Part shown: in pieces, positions 54,395 to 64,000 of the stretch
Layout of the letters: each line of letters starts with the position of its first letter
Numbering within the stretch: the first letter of the stretch is position 1
Source of the DNA: Dudresnaya verticillata
Lineage: Eukaryota
DNA: 64,000 nt
Direction of reading: 5' to 3'
Assembly: GCA_977862235.1 (NCBI GenBank)
Contig: OZ374563.1
Coordinates: 1,612,001 to 1,676,000 of the forward strand
Position numbers and translations under genes: made by a program
The notes under the pieces: model-generated
What the model saw: only the letters and a program-made list of their open reading frames with translations
Told to the model about the DNA's origin: nothing
Database searches by the model: none

Positions 54395-56103
54395 GGCGGC
54401 GGCGCGGGGTGGGTGGCGGCGGCATTGGCGGCGGGCGGCGTTGGCGGGGTGCGGCGGGCGGGGGGCAGCGGCGTTGAAGAAGGGCGCGCGCAAGACGGGC
54501 GGGCGGGGCGATGCGGCGGTCTGCGGTGGCACGCGGTGTGCGGTGGCACGGAAGCGGTTGCAGCCAATTGCCGGGCGCGCGGGGGCGTTTGGAGCGCATG
54601 CGATGCAGGCGCGGGGGCGGTGCTCGCTCGCGCGGAGGGCGTTTCGACGGCGAAGGTTCGCGAAGGGACAGGCGGGCGGGCGGTGGGTGGTGCGCGCGAG
54701 CGAGCGGTGGAGCGCGCAGCAATAGCAGTGAGCGGAAGAAAAGGCCGCGCGCGCGCTAAAAATACACGTTGGAACGCGCTGGCGCGCGCCGCGCGCCTTT
54801 ACGCCGCCCTCGCCGTGTCCGCGAGTCCTTTCCAACGACGCTCTGCCGCGCCTCCCGCGAGCAGTCCCGTGCCGCCTTGTCCCCCGCCACGCCCGAGCGA
54901 TTATTCCCTGCCGCCCGCCCGCGCTTGCCAAGCGGCGCCACCCGCCGCGTTGCTGCGCAATTGCGCCGCTCCGCTCCGCTCGGGCGAGGCGCGGGGGTAG
55001 GGACGTGCCCTACTCGGAGGCGCGCGAGGTGTCCGCGCGCTGCTGCCGCAGCCGCTGCGCCCACGCTTCCTCCAAACTTGACCACCTCAGCATAAACCTC
55101 GTTGTGACCACAATTCATAGACGACCGACCGACGCGACGTGTAAATGCTTTGTGACTTCTGTTCTGCCGACGGCCTGGCCGATCATGATTTCCCCGCCTC
55201 ACCGAACATGACAACATTTGCTCTTGTGTTAAGAACACTGTACTACTAAGCGGGACCGCGTAGCTTGCACACATACACACACACATACTCTCTCTCTCAT
55301 TGTACTCTTTCAGGTCATTCTTAACGCGCTACGCTGAGCCCAGAAACGCAACATGCCATCCAAGGAATAGCCTCGCTCCCCGTTTAATGGGTCCCAGTAA
55401 AACTCTACAATCTCTCTCTCTCTCTCTCTCTCGTATGAGCTTTGCGTAGTTTCGGGAACCAAGCGTAGAGCCACAAAGGCAACGTCTATGTACTACCCGT
55501 GTGTTTGTGTGGGCCAGGCCAGCGGCTCCAGCATCCCGACACGTCGAAAAATGCATCCTGCCGCCTAGTCGGCACCTGCTAGTCACACAATGAGAATTGT
55601 TCTCTAACATACCGGAGCCTTTCACGTGTTAAGATTTCGACGTGTCTGACAAATGAACAGCAGAAACAATCGTCGTAACAAAAAGTCCTTGTACAGCACC
55701 GGACTTCCAGGCACAGGGCCAAGATACAGAGCAAGCTAAGGAACAAACTTTACTGCTGCTTCGACACGTCGACCCAGTCCACACAAAACTTTCGTGCCCC
55801 GCTTTCGCCCGAGGCCTTGTTAAGGGCCATGGGCCAAATACTCTTTGGGAAACGTGGTCTAACCCCAGTGTCGCTAACTCCAAACACCACCGTTGAACAA
55901 CATTTGTCTGATTGCATCTCTCAACACAACATCCGATTCCGTCCTTGACCGTATTTGAAAAAGGTACTTAAGCCGACCAGGAGCTGCCACGCACTCTACA
56001 AGTTTCAACACAGACCATTCTCACTGCAAGTCTCTTCAACCGCTCCAAACCTATCTCTGCAACTATCCAACAACAGCCTGATACATCCTACCAACCCGCA
56101 ACG

Positions 56104-56991
56104 ATGATTTCAAGAAACTTTGTTCCGGCGATTGTCTGTGCTGCGCTGCTGGTCTCAATTTCTGCAGCTCCACCGAAACTCACGCACACCTCGAGACAAT
56201 CTTTGCTGACATCACCACCAATGCCCATGGGCGCCGCGGACCCTGAACCTATGCCTGCATCTGCCACGGACCCCGTCCCCATGCCTGTGGCCGTGGCGGA
56301 CCCTGCACCGGAGGCCCCGACGTTTGTAGCCGTCGCGGACCCTGCACCGGTTGCCCCGACGCCAGAGTCTATGCCAATCCCGAATGAGGAGGCAATTCTG
56401 TCAAGCTTGACAGCCGACGTTTCACCAACGCCTATCGCCATGCCGATGACCACGGCTACTTCTGAAGCAGAGGAGGAAGAGCCTGTTGCTTCTTCCGAAC
56501 CCATGACCGGCTTCGCATACAACATCGGTGGCCCAGCCTCGGGCACCTTTGAGGCAGATCCGGTTGAATACATCTACGGAGAGACGTCCAGTTTCGAGAT
56601 GCCGGAGGCGGTGATAATCGGAGATGAAGAAAACAGCGAGATTTACAAGTCGCACCGATACGGGCTGGAAGGAGCAATGTGGGGATACGACTTGATGGTG
56701 CCGGCGCCAGGGCTTTACAACTGCACGCTTTATTATGCGGAGACTTTTTCAGAATACTTCAGCGAAGAGCCGAATAGGACCTTCTCGGTTGAAATGTACG
56801 GTGATGTTTCTCCAGAGCGACAAGAAGAAGAGTTTGACGTAATGGTTGAACTTGGGGGTCAAGAGTTCACTGCGTACCAGAGAGAATTTTCCGGCATTGC
56901 TGCGCAGACTACAATTTCATTGAGGGAGACACCTAGCCTAGGAGACGCATTCCTTTCTGGAATCGCCTGCTATTACACCGGTGCGCTGTAG
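56104..56991 (+). CDS. Secreted malectin-domain protein with Pro-rich repeats
   Basis: Signal peptide and four (A/T)DPxP repeats. Then NIGG......F.AD, IYKSHRYG, Y...VP.PG.Y...LYYAE, R.F.V, FDV..E.G and AFLSGI. Confidence 0.85.
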   Translation: MISRNFVPAIVCAALLVSISAAPPKLTHTSRQSLLTSPPMPMGAADPEPMPASATDPVPMPVAVADPAPEAPTFVAVADPAPVAPTPESMPIPNEEAILSSLTADVSPTPIAMPMTTATSEAEEEEPVASSEPMTGFAYNIGGPASGTFEADPVEYIYGETSSFEMPEAVIIGDEENSEIYKSHRYGLEGAMWGYDLMVPAPGLYNCTLYYAETFSEYFSEEPNRTFSVEMYGDVSPERQEEEFDVMVELGGQEFTAYQREFSGIAAQTTISLRETPSLGDAFLSGIACYYTGAL

Positions 56992-59213
56992 GGTCGTACG
57001 TGCGCCTTGGTTTAGCTCCTTGGTTTAGGATTAGGAAGTAACTTGAATAGGGCACCTGCATAGACTATAAACGCATTGACGTAATTCACTTTGTAAGTTT
57101 GCGCTGAGCTGTGTTTTTGCAATCGGCGCGGCCTGCCATCGCGAGCTTCCATTGTGCGTTGAAAGCCAGCAAAAGAGTTTTCGAGTGGTGAGAAATACAC
57201 ACAGGAGTACAAACGAGACCAGGGGGTGGTCCGCATTCGGGGGACAGGCCGCGGCGATTCGACCGCGGTGATGCAGCTGTGACATCGGAAGAACATTGCA
57301 GGCGACGTCGGGCCGACCAGTCTATGCCTTTTTTTGCCGGGGCTGAAAGTCGAAGAGCTGCAGTGTCGGCGCTCGTCACATGCCAAAGGCTTTGCTTTCC
57401 TGTGCGCAGGTGTGTGCCCACAAGTGTGGCTGTGGCGCCTCCGAAGCTTTTCTTCCTGACGGGGCAGACTCGGGTATGTGCGATGCGACGTGCAAACGGC
57501 GATAAGACGAGGCGAGCACGAGTGCGCGCACGCTCACAGCAGAAGCGGACCGCGGGCGGAGAGAAGTGGTGCGTTGGAAATTAGAGCGCACTGATGCTTC
57601 GCATGATATCCTCCGGTCACACGTTTGTGTTGGTCCTGAGACACGTGACGTTGATGCTGCTACCTTAATTTTGGTCGCGCAGAGCGGTGTTACCGACATG
57701 GCCCCTGCCAGTCTTGCGAGCTGACGCGAGCCTCGAACGTGCGCGGGCAGAACATGATTGACGCTGTTACAACAAACACGGCTGCTGCAGCAACGGCTCC
57801 CCCGGTCGGGCTTGCTTACGCCGCTGACAGTCCTGCTCGGCTCAATGGTCTGTTGTCGCATCGTCCTAGCTAGAACCGCACTAGAACATTGTGGTCCTGC
57901 AAGGACTGTGCACAACTGCATGTTGATGTGACCGATTGCGAAGGCGCTCTGGTGGCATGCATTCAATCCTTCCAGATTGTGCGCCATCCTCCGCGCGTGA
58001 CTGGCACACTCGAGCACGCCTGCATCTGTCGATCTACGACAAGTTTGAGGCGGCGTGCTTGCGCATGGCACGACACGGTCCCGCAGAGCAGAGCAGCATT
58101 TTCCTGGGAAAGCAAGACTGTTCTGTTCGATGAATTTCCAGCATCATTCGGAGGATCTAGTCTAGTCTTTGGCTTTGGTACTTTGCTTGTGGCCTCCTGG
58201 CGTCGCATTAGACCGCGAATAAGCTTTGTCAGACAAATTGCAAATGTATGGAGGGCATACATGAAGTGTGAAGTGCCACGGTAGTTAAAGGGTACAGGCG
58301 AGCAATTGCCGTTGTGCTAACTTTTAGTACAGCAAGGAAAAGAAGTGAGAAAAGACCGTCGTTCGCCGCAGCGCCTGTCAACCTCGAGAGAAACAGAGTC
58401 GCGTTGCACGCGTGGATTGTGTGATGAAGCAACCCGACGAATGATGCTGCCATGCGCCCACGCATCCCCATCTCCTAATTCATTCCCACCGAGCAGCCAG
58501 ACTTTCGCGGCTTTCCGCCAGCCGCGCAATTCCGCGGAACACCCAGCCAAAGCCGCCCCGCCCCGAGCAGCGCAGGCCAACGTCCAGCCGCCCCTGCCAC
58601 ACCCACACGCGCATTATCGATACGTTTGAGCCGTTCGCGCGCGCGCGCAGGAGGTACGGCGGTGCTGTTGCTGTCACCTGCCGCTGCAAAACAAGTGCGG
58701 CGCAGCTCGCGCGAGCGCGCAGCCGTCCGTTGCGGGACAGCGCGCTGTCAGTTGAAGCGGCGACGCGCGCGCGCAGGCGACTTGTGCTGGAGGATGGGCG
58801 ACGCGCCGCGCGCGGGCCGTTGGCGTCGCTCGCAGAGCCGTGTCGGCTGACGCCTCGCTGACGAGCAGTACAGCTGCACAAATGCGCCCAACCGTCAATA
58901 ACTCAATAATTCCGCACACTTCGGCAATTCCGCTCGCCCGCTGTCTTCGTCAACATCCTGATCCCGCCGTGGAACAGCGCCCATCTCTTTCTCCCAACTC
59001 GCTTCGCCCTCCGGCCCGACCCCTCCTCCCCTACGAAACCGCCGAACGGCTCACTCACGCATTGTACACACACATAAAGCCTCCTCGAACCACCCCACCA
59101 CCCCTCCCCTCCCCCTCTCCCTTCCACGGCAATCCAGCGCTCAGCAACACGAACACCTCGCTCGGCACACTCCTGTGATCCTCTCTCCCACCTCCCTCCC
59201 TCTCGCACGCAAC

Positions 59214-60947
59214 ATGGCCCGCAAGCATGCGAAGAAGGCCCCGCCGCCGGCACGCATCCGCCCAAACCCGCGCGTCCACCGTGCCCCGTCTTCGTCGCGC
59301 CGCCAGAAAAAACCCATTGTCCTCCCTGAAGCCCCGCCGCTACTGCCGCCGGCCCCGCCGCTTCCGCCGCCCCCGCCGCTTCCGCCGGCCCTGCCGCTTC
59401 CGCCGGCCGCGTCGCTTCCGCCGGCCGCGTCGCTTCCCGCCGAACAGCCGTCAACAAGCCCGGATACTACCCCATCGATGCGCCAGCACCCGCCGCCGCC
59501 AAGCAAGAAATCCAGCCCCGTCGGGCTTCTCAACCTTCCAGACAAGGCACTGAGCCTCATTCTGCTCAACATGGCGCACGACCCGAACCGTGCCTACTGC
59601 CCACACGCCTTCTTGCATGCCGCCTTCCCGCTTGCAAAGACCTGCCACCGCCTCTACCGCCTCTACCGCATTCAAACCGTCCGCACTGCCAACGTCGGCC
59701 AGCCGCAGCTCATGCTCACCCAGGCATGCACCCCGCGCTGCCTCACCCCACTCTTGAGCCATCTCCAGGCCCTGTGGGTCCGTGGACACGGCCCTTTCGC
59801 CGCGCTTTTTCATACCACTTTTGCCTTCGTGGAACGACCATATGGACCCAAACCTCCTCAGCAGAATGGAAACCCCTCTACTGATGGTGCTGTCCACTGT
59901 GCAGAGGCCGCCCTGTGGGAGGCCCAATTGCTCGAGATAATCCGCATTGGCAAAACACTGCCGAAGCTCACGCAGCTCCACTTCATTGAGTGCCCCATGA
60001 TGCTCGAGCCGAAGTTATGGCCAATCATCGCTGACTCATGGCAGAACACGTTGGATGACTTGCTCGTGGATGATACCTACGCCCTGTTTGACGAGAGAAA
60101 TCTCGCTCAAATTGCGCGCTTGCGAGGGTTGCGCAGATTGCAGATCTGGAGTCAAGGTGTGCGATGCATCGACCCGATTGCGAATCTAACCATGCTCAAA
60201 GAGCTCAATCTTCACTCATGCCTTATCGATGATGAGTCGTTCGAGCCGGTCTTGCTCAATCTCAAACACCTGCGGCGCCTGGACGTATCCGACACTCTGG
60301 TCACACCTTACGTGATGCGGTCGCTGCCAAGCACGATAATAGAGCTCAGGGCCGGTGAACAGGAGCTGTTTCGGAGTGACGGAGAGAGATCTGCAAGCGC
60401 CTGCCTGTGCTTTCTCAAGGTGCCTCACCCGGACATACATCTTGAGTCGTGCCAGCATTCGGGAAGTCCGGCAGCTACAAAACAGCGGCTTGCAACGAAG
60501 AATCTCAACTTTTTGACACCAGAACATCTGCCGATGCTACGAGAACTAGCATGGGGACGTTGGAACTCAATGGCGCAGGGGGCTGGATCGTTAGTACGAA
60601 TTGTTCCGTATCTGACGAACTTGAGCCTTTACGGCCCCGACTTTAACAATGATGTTGCACATTTGCTGAGGATGAGCCGCAACCTGACCCGTGTTGAGCT
60701 TTCGGGTTGCGATGTTTCGGATGAAGTGGCGTATTCAATTGCTTCGATGGGGAGTCTCACCTCGGTGAGCGTGTGTGGCTGTGACCACTTGACTGAAACT
60801 GGAATGTTCACGGTGTCGGACGGGGTGGCATCGCGGCGTGGAGTGCTGCAGTCGATGCAGTACGGTTTCAGTAACCCCGCCATTCCACCAGCTCAATTTA
60901 TGGAGGATGTACAGCGTAAAAGAGACGAGGCTGCTGCGAGCGGATGA
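59214..60947 (+). CDS. F-box-like / leucine-rich-repeat protein
   Basis: Basic Pro-rich N-terminus (PPLPPA repeats), F-box-like LLNLPDKALSLIL, and RNI-like LRRs (LKELNLHSC, LRRLDVSDT, LTRVELSGC, SVCGCDHLTETG). Confidence 0.8.
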   Translation: MARKHAKKAPPPARIRPNPRVHRAPSSSRRQKKPIVLPEAPPLLPPAPPLPPPPPLPPALPLPPAASLPPAASLPAEQPSTSPDTTPSMRQHPPPPSKKSSPVGLLNLPDKALSLILLNMAHDPNRAYCPHAFLHAAFPLAKTCHRLYRLYRIQTVRTANVGQPQLMLTQACTPRCLTPLLSHLQALWVRGHGPFAALFHTTFAFVERPYGPKPPQQNGNPSTDGAVHCAEAALWEAQLLEIIRIGKTLPKLTQLHFIECPMMLEPKLWPIIADSWQNTLDDLLVDDTYALFDERNLAQIARLRGLRRLQIWSQGVRCIDPIANLTMLKELNLHSCLIDDESFEPVLLNLKHLRRLDVSDTLVTPYVMRSLPSTIIELRAGEQELFRSDGERSASACLCFLKVPHPDIHLESCQHSGSPAATKQRLATKNLNFLTPEHLPMLRELAWGRWNSMAQGAGSLVRIVPYLTNLSLYGPDFNNDVAHLLRMSRNLTRVELSGCDVSDEVAYSIASMGSLTSVSVCGCDHLTETGMFTVSDGVASRRGVLQSMQYGFSNPAIPPAQFMEDVQRKRDEAAASG

Positions 60948-63900
60948 GCCGTCGTCCCAGAAAAGTCGTTTTCGGACTGCTCAAGGGCTGTATTTCAGAA
61001 CAGGGCTTTCATCACAATAAAAGAAGCGGTCTTTCTGTCTAGAAACTGAAGCGCCGGTGCCTTTTGTAGTGCTACGATTGTCTCTGCCTTTCCGTGTTGT
61101 TAGTAATGAGAGCCTACTCTTGCGAAACTGCCATGCCAACAACAAGCACGCTGTTGTCAAAGTCTGTGTTGAAAATTTCTGTAGACATGGCAACGCTTTG
61201 TCTGCACTGCAAGACTAGATAGCTCGTAAAATAATTGGACTCAGGGAAACGTATCACGTTCTCGAACCGCAGGTCCCTCCGGTAGCCGTGTCGTCTATTT
61301 AACATGCCGCGCATGTGTTCATGACTTCTGCTGCAAGACTGCAATGGATTATCGGTCAAGGGCGTCGGAAGGCTGCGGAGCAGCGTGAAGGTGATGTTGC
61401 ACTTTTACTATACTTGTTTTGAGTGATCCTTGGCGAAGGTAACGGTCGGGCTCAATCTCAATCATACGATGCGACAGACATGCTTTTGCCAGCTTATTAG
61501 ATAGGTGTGTGCTGCTCAGATGCTGCTTATCCTGACCTGGAGCAGCCCATAGTCGGGTGTATTCAACAGTTTATGCGGAGATGCCAGAGAAGTTCCTCCC
61601 CAGGGCCATTGGCTGACAACCGTTCCCGGAACCTGCAGAACCTGTCTTCGCCTTATAAGAAAATTGGCTGGAAGCAAAATTTGTTTAGGAGCTTAGCGTA
61701 GTAGGTCCTGAAACCTGTTTCTAGTTCAAAGACCTTTTGTTCGCTGCTGCATTAATCATTTCCGAGAAGTGGTTGCAACCCGACCTGCTCCGTATCTCTA
61801 CACGTCACAGCTCTTCTCCATTGAGCCGACTCGCATAAACATTTGAGGTCGGCCCCTATGCCGTCAAATTCGACGGTCTTCTTTCTTGTCTTCTTGCCCC
61901 AAGGATGCATCCTTGCAGTGTTGTCCAGTTAGGAAGCACAATTACGGCAGGCATGAGAAACGTCGCTGTTGACGCTTTGCGTATGAATCAGCCACATATA
62001 TTCCATGCGAAATGCACTGCACCGCGACGTATAGGACGCAGGAAAGTACTCAAACTTTAGAAGAAGCGAAACTTGTCATGTGTGCATGTTGCTGGAGGGA
62101 CGTGCACTTGTGACTGTGTTCGATTGTTGTTGTGGATTGGGACAGCAATTAGCTTCTGGTGTAAAATTCCATGATGCCGCACTGCTATAGTTTAGGGTTG
62201 GTTGCAGTTGGTCGTGAAGATTGGAAAGTCTTGTGAAGTGGGAGTTTGACCGCGGCTTGCTTGGGTTTCAAGCTGCTTCCGGGCGCTGCACCTAGTGTGC
62301 ATCTGTGTCGCAGATGTAACAAGGCGGTCGGAATGAGAGAAAGAATCTTGCTTTTGTCCCGAGATCAGCGATCTTCAAGCAATCGCTCCCAGTCTTCGTT
62401 TGTTGGCGCGTCTGGCACCTCGTGTCAACAAGCAAGATGTTCACGCGGTCAATTGCGCTAATGGCGTTCCGAGCCAGTATCTTGAACTTAGTGCCGGATG
62501 TCTGTAATTCGCGATGTTGGATTACGGCCTGGCTGTTGGCACATTCGGGGAGGACCATGAGGGTTGGGCAGTTTGGATGTACGGTATGTGTACGTGTGTG
62601 TCAGTGTACACAGTACTCTCTCCCTATCAACTGGGCGAGTGGCCTTCCATTTTTTGGACGTGTTTCCGATTAAACACAATTCAAGATCAAAGAGATTGTT
62701 TTCCGACGTTCCGTTCATTGCGCATATGCCGTCAATCGGTGACGAATCAGCGCAACCAGCCATTGGTGGTTAACTCCCGCTACTTCGCCCTTTGCCGCAG
62801 TGAGCTACTCTGGGAGGGACGCATAGAGACGCGATAGCGCCCCTCTACGAAAGACAAGTAAAGGGTCTCGTTCTCTTCCTCACCCCTGCAACTCTTGAAA
62901 ATGTCGCCACCACGACGCCTAGTAGCGAGATCGCATGTACAGTGTAACGACGAAACCCAATGCCAAGTGATGAGTTGCAGTGTCGTGCAGAGCTGAAATC
63001 GCACAGCTGGTGTACCGCCAAAGTACCAGTCGTTCTTCCAGATGCCATCAAGCGAATCATTCTCTCGATCGGATTTTGGATGTTCGCAGACTAGTTGTAA
63101 GGCCAAAATGGTTTCATTATGTTGGGTGTGTGTGAGTGGGTGTGCTCCAAGCAAATCCTTTTTGTTGCTCTGCACTTTCCCCTCCCACCCGCCAGCCTGA
63201 AACACGAACTCTCCAGCTGCGGTGGTGCGCTTTGCGGTACGTACACATTCGCGGTACATACACGCAATCTCTACGGCGGAGCCATTTATCTTTCCGTTCG
63301 GGTAGTCCAACTGTAGGTGCCCGCGCAGCTGGTCGTATTAAACGTCCCGAAAGCGAAGTAGTCGAATTGCGAGATACCTTGGCAGGTGCAGGGAACATTC
63401 AATCTTTTTGCACTGAAGTGCAGTCTGCTGCATTGCCTCCTTCGCACTCTTGATTTTTCCGGCTGCAGATCAAGTTGTTGTACCAGAGCTCCTCTGAAAT
63501 ATGCTGCATCCGTCGAGTATGAAGTCTCTATATCGGAAGAATAATAAGAGGAACCCTGCAGCCACTGCTTGGCAAGCCGGTGGCAGGCCGGTTTTGAATA
63601 GTCTCCGAGAAAATCGACCAGACCCGCAGATGCCATTTACCACGACCAGTTAAAAATCTTGGAGGCGCAGTGCTGCATTTCGTTAATGAAAGGATATCCA
63701 ACCCTGAAAGAAAAAGCCCCCCTCCTCTCGCCAGCTCTGCGAAAGCACCTGCTTCTGTCTTTGCCCCATCTGCTGAAAAGAAGAAAGTAAATGCTGTGAG
63801 CCACCAGGCCAACCTTAGTGTCAGTTTGAAGGAAAACGGAAAAGCCGTGTCCAAGAGACGGCAGTCTTCTATCTCAACGACTCGCAGTTGGTTGAGGAAT

Positions 63901-64000
63901 GAATTTGCAGCACTGCGGACACTGCGTACTTGGGCTGCTTCGGGACGGACGTGGATCTTTCCCTGCCGTCCCGAATGGTTAGTGAAGCTAGGATACACGC

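Noticed and set aside
63300..64000. LRR-like snippets (LRTLDFSGC) suggesting a decayed F-box/LRR copy
   Set aside because: Too short and broken by stops in all frames to support without an alignment; also runs off the window edge.

Overview
Gene-dense eukaryotic nuclear DNA, most likely from a florideophyte red alga (Gracilaria/Chondrus-like). The taxon is inferred from a red-type LHC gene, a Hint-domain secreted protein, a malectin protein, and mostly intronless genes with rare short GT-AG introns, most with a CTAAC-type branch point. About 25 protein-coding genes are recognisable: SDHAF4, CCT1, a SUN-domain protein, an ELO elongase, HYPK (two copies), a SelM/Sep15-like protein, TRAP-gamma, GID4, DDX27, PRA1, a Hint protein, TOM22, a methyltransferase-like/GT31 fusion, an OSR1/SPAK-like kinase, NDUFS6, RPN13, an LHC, UBE2W, CtpA, GAPDH, two nodulin-like MFS transporters, a malectin protein and an F-box/LRR protein. 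The most notable structure is a ~1.6-1.8 kb direct duplication (ELO 3' end, HYPK, SelM 3' end) flanking a ~4 kb AT-richer insert that carries an orphan secreted Cys-rich precursor. Also notable are sharp GC islands at divergent promoters, a CDE/CHR-like element, a decayed mitochondrial-carrier gene and several unusual protein architectures. I saw no tRNA, rRNA, CRISPR array or intact transposon. All family calls are by-eye motif recognition; no searches were run.
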